Virus record (IMG/VR): IMGVR_UViG_3300021519_000010
Coordinates: 1 to 61,347 of that record
Strand: one strand, 5' to 3'
Length of the DNA: 61,347 nucleotides
Source of the DNA: a virus
Taxonomy: Duplodnaviria; Caudoviricetes
Part shown: positions 38,833-47,683 of the stretch, one piece after another
Layout: every line of letters begins with the position of its first letter
How positions within the stretch are numbered: position 1 is the first letter of the stretch
The notes under the pieces: model-generated
What the model was told of the DNA's origin: nothing
What the model saw: only the letters and a program-made list of their open reading frames with translations
The model's database searches: none
Program-made: the position numbers and the translations under genes

Positions 38833-39696
38833 ATGAACCCATTTCAATTCATCTCCCTCATTGATCCGGATGCCACACGCGTGGAGGAGGCGTTCATGTA
38901 CGCCGTCATCTCCGCTCCGGACTTTGAAACGCTGCTGGAGCAGTATCCGGAGCGTGCCGTGGAGGCCCGTCGTCTGTATGAAAGCGTTCAGGCGGCTCAA
39001 CGTAGCGTCTCCCGCCTGCAGGCCAGCGTTCGCCGCCAGTGCCCGCCAGAGCTGCACCGGTTTCTGACTGAGGCTGCCGTCATCTCCGACCGCGCCCGCA
39101 AGAACTGCACCCCGCAGCTCATTGAATGCATAGTACTTGCCGGAGTCGAAGCTACCCGGTTGACCGAGTCCATGCAGATTAGTGCTTACGACGACCGGAT
39201 GGCCCGTGCAGCATGTGCCAGGTTGCATGAAGAGCTGGCCGTGGATGCTGAAGACCAGTTGAAGATGATTGGCAAGGCCAAGGGTGGAGCCACTCATGGC
39301 GGTGATACGCTCGGAGCCGAGCTGGCCAAGGAGCATGACACTTTTGTTCGGGCACTCGAGAAGGAGTTCAAGTTTAAGGCTCACCACTGGGAACCGGTGC
39401 GCGAAGGCGTGATGGTTTTCCTCGATCAGGAAGCCGTGGACGCCTTGACGCGTGGCCTAACCTACAATGCCGTCTTGCAGCGCATCACCGGGGAGCTCGG
39501 GTACCTGATGGTTCAGCGCGGAGGAGCTCCGGATGACCTCGGCGGATTCGGTGAGTCACTTAGCAAGTGGATGTTCATCAAGTGTCCGCATGAGCTGGAG
39601 GACACCAACGACGCCAAGGCCTCTGCCAAGATTGGCAAGGATCGGGAGAAGGCGGCACAGAAGCTCCTCAAGGAAATCGAAAAACTTACTGACTAA
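38833..39696 (+). CDS. Leader-variant protein rich in E| sites (putative prohead core/internal protein)
   Basis: MNPFQFISLID; LYE|S, FLTE|A, RLTE|S, PVRE|G. Confidence 0.6.
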   Translation: MNPFQFISLIDPDATRVEEAFMYAVISAPDFETLLEQYPERAVEARRLYESVQAAQRSVSRLQASVRRQCPPELHRFLTEAAVISDRARKNCTPQLIECIVLAGVEATRLTESMQISAYDDRMARAACARLHEELAVDAEDQLKMIGKAKGGATHGGDTLGAELAKEHDTFVRALEKEFKFKAHHWEPVREGVMVFLDQEAVDALTRGLTYNAVLQRITGELGYLMVQRGGAPDDLGGFGESLSKWMFIKCPHELEDTNDAKASAKIGKDREKAAQKLLKEIEKLTD

Positions 39697-40106
39697 TGGC
39701 TGACAACGTTCACATTCGAAAGGGTAACGGGTTCTTTTACGCGGTACCAACACAGCAGACTCACAAAACTGTGGCTCGTGCAGGTTCGCACGCCACACTC
39801 CGCCGCAAGTTGATTCAGGCTGGACATGTTATCATTCCAGAGCCAGAGCCAGACACGATGGCAGAGGCCATGACGCCCACCACATTTACTACGTTAACTG
39901 AAACCGGTATCTGGCCCGACAGCCCGACCGGCACCACGCTGCGGTCCGACCTGTACCAAAAAGCATGGACGCTGGCAAAGGCACAACCGGACTTCAATGC
40001 CTTCTGCACCATGATGGCATCACAGCTTGACGTGCGCTATCACAACCTCGACTCGGAAATTCAGCGCCAGTTGCGTGATATGTTTCAAGACGCCCGACGC
40101 CAATGA
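39696..40106 (+). CDS. Two-module protein with internal leader at 39870
   Basis: MAE|A-MTPTTFTTLTE|T. Confidence 0.6.
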   Translation: MADNVHIRKGNGFFYAVPTQQTHKTVARAGSHATLRRKLIQAGHVIIPEPEPDTMAEAMTPTTFTTLTETGIWPDSPTGTTLRSDLYQKAWTLAKAQPDFNAFCTMMASQLDVRYHNLDSEIQRQLRDMFQDARRQ

Positions 40107-40408
40107 ACCCACGCCGATTCACATCGCTAACCGAAGCGGACCAATCTGTGCGGTTTGACTGCGACGCTCGCGCTGAGGTGTGGGTGACCATGGGAGACTT
40201 GGAAGATGACGGAGCTATTCAGAAGCTAAAGGCGTCTGCCTTGCCCGTAGAGGCCAAGATTATCGTTGCCAAGCGCCGTGCACTGGAAATGGCTCGACAC
40301 GAGCTGGAGAATGTGCATGGAGTGACCATTACGGCAGACCTGAGCTTGTCCAACATTAACGTGGATCGGGTCGACTGGGTGGCGCTGGTCAGCCCATACG
40401 AGGACTAA
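40103..40408 (+). CDS. Leader-tagged hypothetical protein
   Basis: MNPRRFTSLTE|A. Confidence 0.65.
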   Translation: MNPRRFTSLTEADQSVRFDCDARAEVWVTMGDLEDDGAIQKLKASALPVEAKIIVAKRRALEMARHELENVHGVTITADLSLSNINVDRVDWVALVSPYED

Positions 40409-40653
40409 CGAACGCTTCGGTTGCGCGCCCGTTGACATCGCTGACAGATCTGTCCCTTCTTTTTCACATCTGCGCCACATGGAGCACACTTCCAGACAGT
40501 GATCTTATCTGGTACAACCACCGGGCACCGATCCATTACAACCCACTCGAACCGCGTCATGCTTGAGGTTGCAGTACGACACGAAGTAACCGTAACCACG
40601 TTCGAGCAGCCATCAGTATGCGACGTAATCGTGTGTGGCGTAATCGTGACCAT
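40405..40653 (-). CDS. Small Zn-finger protein
   Basis: CAPC...CQRC. Confidence 0.45.
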   Translation of the reverse strand: MVTITPHTITSHTDGCSNVVTVTSCRTATSSMTRFEWVVMDRCPVVVPDKITVWKCAPCGADVKKKGQICQRCQRARNRSVR

Positions 40654-40656
40654 TGC

Positions 40657-41154
40657 TTAGGCCGCTTGCCGAGGCGCGAAGAACGCCTTGGCACTGAATG
40701 CAGGGACCAGATTGTTCTCCAGCAACCATGCGAGGTTCATGCTGGCATCACGCGGGGAGATACGCTTGCAATTCCAGAACATCCTGGCGTCGAGCTGCAC
40801 CCACCCTGCCCCCTCACAGCGCCAGAACGAATTCTCATCACCCTGCCGGATGTGAACCATATCCCCGACGCTTGTGGAGCGCGTGCGGATGTTCTTCTGA
40901 TCGCGCAGCCAGCAGTTCGGGCCGTCATGGTGGTTGGTCTGGCAGAATATCACCTCGAGAGCATCGGCAATTGACAGACCATGCAGCGTTGCCACGTCGC
41001 GCTGCGGGTTATCAGCGGTGTGGTCGGGCTTGGTGATCATCCATAGGGCCGGGAACTGATACTCACCAACCACGCCTGCCGGACGCTCCGGGTCGTGTGG
41101 GTGAATAACGGTTACGGTAATGTCGATGTTGCTGAGGATGGTTTCAGGTGTCAT
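40657..41154 (-). CDS. Early hypothetical protein
   Basis: RSTSVGD..FW.C...GW; promoter fixes the start at 41154. Confidence 0.65.
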   Translation of the reverse strand: MTPETILSNIDITVTVIHPHDPERPAGVVGEYQFPALWMITKPDHTADNPQRDVATLHGLSIADALEVIFCQTNHHDGPNCWLRDQKNIRTRSTSVGDMVHIRQGDENSFWRCEGAGWVQLDARMFWNCKRISPRDASMNLAWLLENNLVPAFSAKAFFAPRQAA

Positions 41155-41160
41155 GCCCAA

Positions 41161-41189
41161 ACGTTAGCAGCTCAGCCGCCGCCTGTCAA
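41161..41189 (-). promoter_or_regulatory. Early promoter, leaderless
   Basis: TTGACA-17-TAACGT-6-ATG(41154). Confidence 0.85.
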
Positions 41190-41509
41190 GTTTGATAGAA
41201 GTCGACGTCCGGGACGTGCAGGTGGTGCAGAACCCACGGGTTGATGTTGAGCCACTCGCCGTTGTTGTCAGCAACGAACCGGAGCAGGCTGATGGAGGGC
41301 AAGGTCATTATGGTAAACTGCCCGGTGTAGCCACGATAGAGCATGTCACGCATGTTCATTCCACCCTGCCGTATCCAGTGTGCTGCGACACATCCGCGAA
41401 CCTCCCTGCCCACTTCCAGCAGCTTGCGAATGTTGTGAATAGCTCTGCAGCGCTTTTTCCAGTAGCGCTTTTGCTCGGGCGTGTCGGGTGCGGGGTCGGT
41501 GGTATGCAT
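41186..41509 (-). CDS. Early hypothetical protein
   Basis: Bracketed by two promoter copies. Confidence 0.55.
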   Translation of the reverse strand: MHTTDPAPDTPEQKRYWKKRCRAIHNIRKLLEVGREVRGCVAAHWIRQGGMNMRDMLYRGYTGQFTIMTLPSISLLRFVADNNGEWLNINPWVLHHLHVPDVDFYQT

Positions 41510-41517
41510 AGGCTGCC

Positions 41518-41546
41518 ACACTAGCAGAATGCGCGCTATCTGTCAA
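41518..41546 (-). promoter_or_regulatory. Early promoter
   Basis: TTGACA-17-TAGTGT-8-ATG(41509). Confidence 0.75.
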
Positions 41547-41549
41547 GTG

Positions 41550-42722
41550 TTACAACCACTTGACCATGTGAGCGCTATATCGACCATCTGGCATACCTTC
41601 GCTTTCCATCTCAAATCCAAGATGCGTCAGCAGTTTTGCTGCCACCGGATTAATCACCCAGTTGCGACAGCGTACCGGCAGGTCACCACCGCCTTCCGCC
41701 TTGGCTTCCTTAAGCATCGCCTGTATCAATTGCAGTCCGAGCAACCCGCCTTGATATTGTGGCAGAATAGCAATGTCGAAGGTGTAATCCAGAAACGGTT
41801 CATCGGGTTCGCCGTTGTCCGGGTCACCGTGGCCGTTGGAGAAGGTGGAATATACGGCTCCAACCACCTTCTCGCCAAACCGTGCCTTCTGGTCTGCAAC
41901 CAGTGCAACAAAGCTCAGCTTGCGGTTCCACATCACCCGCAGTCCGCAGGCCTTGAAGACTTCCTCGGCCTGCGCGTACACATCGCTATCATCCAACCCC
42001 ATGGAGTTCTCCGCATCTTCATCATCGGAGTAATGCTCGTCATCTCCGGTGAACCGCTGAATGCGGATGCCTGCGTCCTCGCAGAGTGCAATAAAGGCAG
42101 CTGGCTTCATAGATTCCTCGGTCCGCTCGTCATACCAGATAACGTCTGCCGGAATGGTGCTCATCTTGAGAAACCATGCCGTGCCTCTAGCCCTGTGCTG
42201 CCCCTCTATGAGCCAGAATTCCTTCATGTCATACGTGCCAACCACCACGCATTCAAACCACCCTTCATCCTGCTTGATGGTGCGCGCCAGCTGTTCGATA
42301 TATCGTGCTTCCCCCTCGTATCTGTCTCCTGCCGGACTACGCTGAATGTCAAGCGCCCGTAACGGTAGGAACTGCTTCCGCTTGATTGTAAAGTTTGCTG
42401 TCTCATTGGCCTGTGCGATCTGCACCAGCTCCTCATGTGGCGTTGAACGGATGGTACATGATGCCCACGTCCACTTTGGCTTGCGGCTGTACGCGAGGCT
42501 CGGTCTGCCGACCTTCCAGCAGGTTTTGAGCTTGTAAACTGGCATAGCAGCGGCGAAGGCGGCGTTCTTTTCCGACCCTTGCACTCCAAACAGGGAACCA
42601 TGATCGTGATCCGACTGCTCCAGCCGCCGGAAGATAAAGTCACGAGCCTCCTGCTCCGTTGTAAACTGGCGACGGGAGAGGTACTTCGACCAGTGGGCGA
42701 TGTCTTTCTGGCTTAGCGTCAC
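41550..42722 (-). CDS. Polyprotein: ParB-like domain, internal leader (42110), GNAT
   Basis: LIEGQHRARG; TEE|S-MKPAAFIALCE|D; FDIAILPQYQGGLLG.QLI..L..LGF. Confidence 0.65.
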   Translation of the reverse strand: MTLSQKDIAHWSKYLSRRQFTTEQEARDFIFRRLEQSDHDHGSLFGVQGSEKNAAFAAAMPVYKLKTCWKVGRPSLAYSRKPKWTWASCTIRSTPHEELVQIAQANETANFTIKRKQFLPLRALDIQRSPAGDRYEGEARYIEQLARTIKQDEGWFECVVVGTYDMKEFWLIEGQHRARGTAWFLKMSTIPADVIWYDERTEESMKPAAFIALCEDAGIRIQRFTGDDEHYSDDEDAENSMGLDDSDVYAQAEEVFKACGLRVMWNRKLSFVALVADQKARFGEKVVGAVYSTFSNGHGDPDNGEPDEPFLDYTFDIAILPQYQGGLLGLQLIQAMLKEAKAEGGGDLPVRCRNWVINPVAAKLLTHLGFEMESEGMPDGRYSAHMVKWL

Positions 42723-43576
42723 GGCTCGTTCTCCGGCGAGGTGATTGGTGTGACATCTGGGTCAATTTCGGCGACCTCCAGATCCTTGCCGTCCTCATCC
42801 TTTGGTTCCTCCTTTGGTACCATCGGTTTGGGTTCCGGCTTCGGTTTAGGCTTTGGACGGGTTGGACTGCGTGGTTCACTCGCCATGGTGGTCAGCAGCT
42901 TGTTATAGTCCACGGACCGCGCTGTGAGGTACAAGCTCACTGCTGCAAGGTGTTTGCATACTCCAATGTGACCCTCCGGGTTCGTATGGTTTGGAGCCGA
43001 GTTTATGGCCTCGCCGCCAATTCCCGTTGGTGTATGGCTGGCCCCGGCCCGCGCCAGTATGTAGTGCCAGTGAAATTTGAAGTCTCTGCAAGTACAAAAA
43101 CAGTGACACTTGTTGCCGAATTGATACCTCGCCCGCTTGTCTGGTAAGAAGCGAACATACCCACGTGCCCGTTGACCGGTGGTGCTGCTATCCGGACGGG
43201 ACTTAAAGCTGAAGTAAACAACGGCGCTGCCGTCCTCCGCCTTGGTAACGGACGGTGGCTTGGTGATAACGAACCGGCTGTTTTCAACGCGTCCCGGCAC
43301 TGTTGGATCAATGACCCATATACCCTGTCGCAGCCGCATGGCTCCACCCTGCCGATACCACCCATTCTGTTGTGCAGCCTGCAGGAGTTGCTTGAAGCTC
43401 ATCTCCATGAGCAGCTGTGGAGACTCAACCAGCAGCTGTGCAGTTTTATGATCCTCTTCCAGATCAACCTGTGCGGCCTCGGCCTGTGCACGACGATTTC
43501 TGGCACGGCGGCGCTGCGCGGCGGTTCCGTAATATAGGACAGCAATGGATGTTCCGCTCGTGACGTTGGCTGGCAT
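42719..43576 (-). CDS. SWIM-like Zn-finger protein
   Basis: CTCRDF...CKHL; LLVE|S, LLME|M. Confidence 0.6.
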   Translation of the reverse strand: MPANVTSGTSIAVLYYGTAAQRRRARNRRAQAEAAQVDLEEDHKTAQLLVESPQLLMEMSFKQLLQAAQQNGWYRQGGAMRLRQGIWVIDPTVPGRVENSRFVITKPPSVTKAEDGSAVVYFSFKSRPDSSTTGQRARGYVRFLPDKRARYQFGNKCHCFCTCRDFKFHWHYILARAGASHTPTGIGGEAINSAPNHTNPEGHIGVCKHLAAVSLYLTARSVDYNKLLTTMASEPRSPTRPKPKPKPEPKPMVPKEEPKDEDGKDLEVAEIDPDVTPITSPENEP

Positions 43577-43597
43577 CGCAAACAATTAGTTATTTAT

Positions 43598-44140
43598 ATG
43601 AATCCGCCGTACCAGCTCACCGACACTGCGTTTCTCCGTAGCGCCTCATTTGCGGCCACTCGATGGCAGATTAGCGGAGTAAACGGTGGCCTGGTTGGAG
43701 CAAAGGTGCAGGTTTTGGTGACGAACACAGGTGGGGTCACCACATCCTTCAAGTTCCAGACCGCGCCGCAGCCGCTGGACTCAGCAGTAACCGAGGCTCC
43801 GGCGCTGGACAATTTGCTGGAGTTAGCCATCCCCAGCTCCGGCGCGGACCCAAGTGCAGTGGTGTCCACGGAAACGTTGGGTGGGTTCAATAGCACGTTC
43901 ACCACAATCACCACCTTCTTGAACACGGTTGCTAATACAGCAGGCGATATTACCATGACGCCTGGAGCCCGGATGCTGATCAGTTTCAAAGCCGGAGCAT
44001 TCGTGCAACTGGTACCAGTATCACCAACCAGCGTTCCAACCAGCGTGGGTCCGGGTATCCTCCGGTTGGAAGCATCCTGTAACCTGCCAATTGCCTGTGT
44101 TAGCCACGACCACCAACGGACGGCCATCTCACTTCGCTAA
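43598..44140 (+). CDS. Putative virion protein
   Basis: Thr/Ser/Gly-rich; TAGTTATT upstream. Confidence 0.5.
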   Translation: MNPPYQLTDTAFLRSASFAATRWQISGVNGGLVGAKVQVLVTNTGGVTTSFKFQTAPQPLDSAVTEAPALDNLLELAIPSSGADPSAVVSTETLGGFNSTFTTITTFLNTVANTAGDITMTPGARMLISFKAGAFVQLVPVSPTSVPTSVGPGILRLEASCNLPIACVSHDHQRTAISLR

Positions 44141-44547
44141 TGAACCCATCACGCTTTCTCAGCATGATTGAAGATGCCCCCGCCCGTGCCCACGCATGGA
44201 ACGACATGCCGGAGTATGCGCGCCGGGAGGCAGTGCAGCACAACCCCGAATTCCTGAAATACGTGCACCTGTCGTGGGAACGCCTGCCGCCGGTTATCAA
44301 GTCAGGGCTTTCTCACCTCGGCGAATCCGAATCGTGGCAGGAGTACTCGGTTTGTGCAACCCCGGATCGCGGTAATGACGGGTTCTGGCATGTGGCCGCA
44401 ACCGGCAAAGTATCTGCACGACAAACTTTCTTACAAAGCCCGGATGGGCGCGGCGCAAAAATTCACTCTGTGCAGCGGGTTGAGGCTGACGATGTCCACC
44501 TCTGCACAAAGGTTGGTGACGTTGTATTTGGTAGCACTGCACTATGA
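44140..44547 (+). CDS. Leader-tagged hypothetical protein
   Basis: MNPSRFLSMIE|D; HLGE|S. Confidence 0.65.
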   Translation: MNPSRFLSMIEDAPARAHAWNDMPEYARREAVQHNPEFLKYVHLSWERLPPVIKSGLSHLGESESWQEYSVCATPDRGNDGFWHVAATGKVSARQTFLQSPDGRGAKIHSVQRVEADDVHLCTKVGDVVFGSTAL

Positions 44548-45062
44548 CACCACGACGCTTCATTCACCTGATCGAATCCGGATCGGCAGTCCAGCAGTAT
44601 GGACAGATTTGGTTACAGGCACGTGCCTTCTTTAGTGAGCAGCAGGACGCGCTAGCCAGCCTCCCGGAAGAATCCGAGGATCGTTCCCGCGTGGAAGCAG
44701 CTCTCGGTGTCATTGGTCAATACAAGCTGGATGATAACTCCACGGACCAGCGTGCCCGTGACACGGCGCTGCTGCTGGCGGATCGTCTTGAAGGCATGGT
44801 GGATCGCCCGGTTGCCACCGGATATGAGGATGACTCCTCGTACGAGAGAGTTCACGCATTCATTCACCAGCTGGCTAATGACCTGCGAGAATTTCATGGT
44901 AGTACGCGGTCCAGTGATGTCGGGGCGGAGCCTGAAGGTACTGGAGAAGCGGAAGATGAAACGCCAGGTGGTGAACGCCGCCCGCATCTGAACAAAACCA
45001 AGGAGAAGCCAACGGACGGTCCGCGTGATCGGGATGCCACCATTAAGCAGGAAGTACCATAA
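44544..45062 (+). CDS. Leader-tagged hypothetical protein
   Basis: MTPRRFIHLIE|S. Confidence 0.65.
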   Translation: MTPRRFIHLIESGSAVQQYGQIWLQARAFFSEQQDALASLPEESEDRSRVEAALGVIGQYKLDDNSTDQRARDTALLLADRLEGMVDRPVATGYEDDSSYERVHAFIHQLANDLREFHGSTRSSDVGAEPEGTGEAEDETPGGERRPHLNKTKEKPTDGPRDRDATIKQEVP

Positions 45063-45064
45063 AC

Positions 45065-45628
45065 ATGAAGAAGAATACCATAAACATGAAGAAGAATATC
45101 ACACTCGCAGACCGGTTGCTGACCGAAGCAGACACTGATGCCAGGATACGAACGCACCGAGGACGTCTGTTTGCACAGCAGTCAGCAAATGACGCTGCTA
45201 ACATCATACAGCATTTGCTGGCTGCACTGCAGGCACAGGACCTAGATCAGGCGATCAAGCTGGCTGACCAGGTTGCGGGAAAGTTGCGCCAGGCGCAGCG
45301 TACTGCACGCGCCGACGCCTCAGGGCCAGATGACCCGGAGTCCATTACGGGCAGGCTGAAGGTTGCTGCCATGTCTTACCTACAGCGTCAGCAGTGGCAT
45401 GCGGGCGACCGTCGAGAGTTTCGGCGACCATCGCATCGCGATTTGCTGGAATTGCGCGCGGCAAAGGACGTTCGTGCATGGGGTGACGCCATCTATGGCT
45501 TGGCGCAGCAGGTCGGTGAACGTAAAGGGTGGGGTGATGAAGGGGTTGGTGACTTGCACTCAGAGATGATGACCGCCATTGCGGCTGAGGCTGGTATTGA
45601 CTGGGACACGGTAGATAACCAATTGTGA
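45065..45628 (+). CDS. Hypothetical protein with type-2 leader and tandem-duplicated start
   Basis: MKKNTINMKKNITLADRLLTE|A; 21-bp tandem at 45055-45096. Confidence 0.65.
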   Translation: MKKNTINMKKNITLADRLLTEADTDARIRTHRGRLFAQQSANDAANIIQHLLAALQAQDLDQAIKLADQVAGKLRQAQRTARADASGPDDPESITGRLKVAAMSYLQRQQWHAGDRREFRRPSHRDLLELRAAKDVRAWGDAIYGLAQQVGERKGWGDEGVGDLHSEMMTAIAAEAGIDWDTVDNQL

Positions 45629-45864
45629 TGACACCAACGTTCTTTGCAGTACTGACCGAAACCGCAGATATGACGTTACCATTTCCAACACTGGATAAGG
45701 CCAAGGAGGTGTACTCCGCCCTGTTGCGTGCAGCTAAGGCTGGACAGATGTCCGGATGGCCGGAACTGCAGGAAAACCCACCCGCCGTCATTGTTAAGTA
45801 CTCCGGCACATCCGCGAAGCCGTCTCCGGCCCAAGCCTACATTCAGAAGCTACCAACTCGATAA
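45628..45864 (+). CDS. Leader-tagged small protein
   Basis: MTPTFFAVLTE|T. Confidence 0.6.
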   Translation: MTPTFFAVLTETADMTLPFPTLDKAKEVYSALLRAAKAGQMSGWPELQENPPAVIVKYSGTSAKPSPAQAYIQKLPTR

Positions 45865-45865
45865 C

Positions 45866-47683
45866 ATGAACCAGCACCTTTCCGATTTAAAGCTCATCAC
45901 CACGCTCCACGGGCGGTTTACCGAGGGACGCCTGCTTGCCCTTGGCATCGCCAAGACAGCTATCCGCACAGCCGTTACGTCCCGGCTTTTGGGTGAGGCA
46001 TCTGGGGTGCTTACCACCATTCCAGCGTTTCGTCGAACTGAACGCCTGCGAACTGCCGGTTTGACTGAGGCAGTGGACCAGGCGGCTATGGACAAGGCCA
46101 ATTACGTTCGTCGCATTGTGGACGGCAAGCCTGTCCTCCTGCGCGTCGTCAACCGTCAGAATGGTAAGCTAATGGTGCCTGATCCGGCCAACCCGAACCG
46201 CAACATGGAGGTTGACCCAAATGATGTGGCCCCCGTGTCCGATGATGATGCCAAGAAGGAGCAGGACGCCGAGAAGGCTGACAAACCAGCACCAGGGCAG
46301 GCTCCCGTAACGGAGGCGGTACGCTTCAAAAACGGTGACCGCGTTACCATCGAGGGAGAGAACGGAGTATTTGTGCTTTCCCAGTGGGATGATACACGTC
46401 AGCGCGGATGGGCCGGTGAGGAGTCTGGACCCGGAGATGCTGGGTGGTACGTTGGCGCTTACCAACTTCAGCACGCAGGTCCAAGGCAGGCTCCGGTGAC
46501 TGAGGCTCATGGCGTCGCCACGCTGGACCAGTACAAGGCTGCCTTGTCCGGTCACGTACGCGATCATAAGGATCGACTTGAATTTTGGACGAATTGGCTG
46601 TCCGATATTGCCGATGCTCAAAATGTGGGTCAGCTTAACATTATTGCGCAAAAGTGCGGCGTGGATCACGAGTTTCGCGATGCCAAGCGCCGCCTGAATA
46701 GGCAACTCTGCACGGAAGGCGGAGTGCCGATGTGGTCTGCCCGTAATGAACACCCGGAGCATGCGTACTCCGAGTGGCAGACGGAGCACCACAGCAGTCA
46801 TGGGCGTTGCCCGAAGTACCACGACTGGGTGGAGGGAAAGCTGGAGGGTGCGCAACATCGCCCTAACTGCCAGTTCTTTGCCGGTGCCGCTTGCTCATGC
46901 GGCGGCCAACAGCCGGTGCGTGAAGCCATCCACCCGGACAATCAGTTCGCCGTTGACGATCAAGTATGCACACCAGATGGATCACCCGGCGTAATTGTGA
47001 GTGTTGGACCCGCCACGGCAATGGTGCAGTTTCCTAATGGTCCAGCAAAGGAAATCAAGCTAACCAAGTTGCAACTGAACCAGCCACCGCGCCGTCCGGT
47101 GCGAGAATCCGAGGAAACCTTCAATGAGGAGGACTGGATCAAGGTGGTCGGGCGCGTCAGCGGACAAGGCAAACGTGGTAAAGTAACTGGTGTTGCACCA
47201 AGCGGTCATTTTTCTGTTGTGAAGTTTGACGACGGCACGAGCGCCTCTTATCACAACTCGGACCTGGAACATTCGGATGAACCAGATGAGGATGAAGACG
47301 ATAACCTTTTCGCAGAGTCTGCATCAAAGTCCCTTGCCGACCGCATTCTCTCTGAAGCCGAAACACCTCGCAGCCTCGCCCATCGCATTGAACGCCTTGG
47401 TGATCAGTTCAGCAGAAAGCCGCACCGGTGGGGGGACATCAAGAAGGTTCGCATTCCTCGTCATGAGCTATCTGATCTGCAAACAATTCCGGCGTCAGAG
47501 TTGTTTGCAAATGATGGCGGAGACGAGGCACCTCCGGGAGCACACTTCTCCTCCCCGCCGGATCGCTACTTCGTACTGGAACGCAAGGGGCAGTTGTACC
47601 TTGTGGACACAAGCGGCCACGACTATGCCCGTTATATCGTCGAGTTGAGCAGCACTGGTGCAGACCCTAACGCCGGACGCTAA
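45866..47683 (+). CDS. Polyprotein with several SH3/KOW-like modules separated by E| sites
   Basis: GLTE|A, QAPVTE|A x2, LCTE|G, PVRE|A, PVRE|S, FAE|S, SLADRILSE|A. Confidence 0.65.
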   Translation: MNQHLSDLKLITTLHGRFTEGRLLALGIAKTAIRTAVTSRLLGEASGVLTTIPAFRRTERLRTAGLTEAVDQAAMDKANYVRRIVDGKPVLLRVVNRQNGKLMVPDPANPNRNMEVDPNDVAPVSDDDAKKEQDAEKADKPAPGQAPVTEAVRFKNGDRVTIEGENGVFVLSQWDDTRQRGWAGEESGPGDAGWYVGAYQLQHAGPRQAPVTEAHGVATLDQYKAALSGHVRDHKDRLEFWTNWLSDIADAQNVGQLNIIAQKCGVDHEFRDAKRRLNRQLCTEGGVPMWSARNEHPEHAYSEWQTEHHSSHGRCPKYHDWVEGKLEGAQHRPNCQFFAGAACSCGGQQPVREAIHPDNQFAVDDQVCTPDGSPGVIVSVGPATAMVQFPNGPAKEIKLTKLQLNQPPRRPVRESEETFNEEDWIKVVGRVSGQGKRGKVTGVAPSGHFSVVKFDDGTSASYHNSDLEHSDEPDEDEDDNLFAESASKSLADRILSEAETPRSLAHRIERLGDQFSRKPHRWGDIKKVRIPRHELSDLQTIPASELFANDGGDEAPPGAHFSSPPDRYFVLERKGQLYLVDTSGHDYARYIVELSSTGADPNAGR

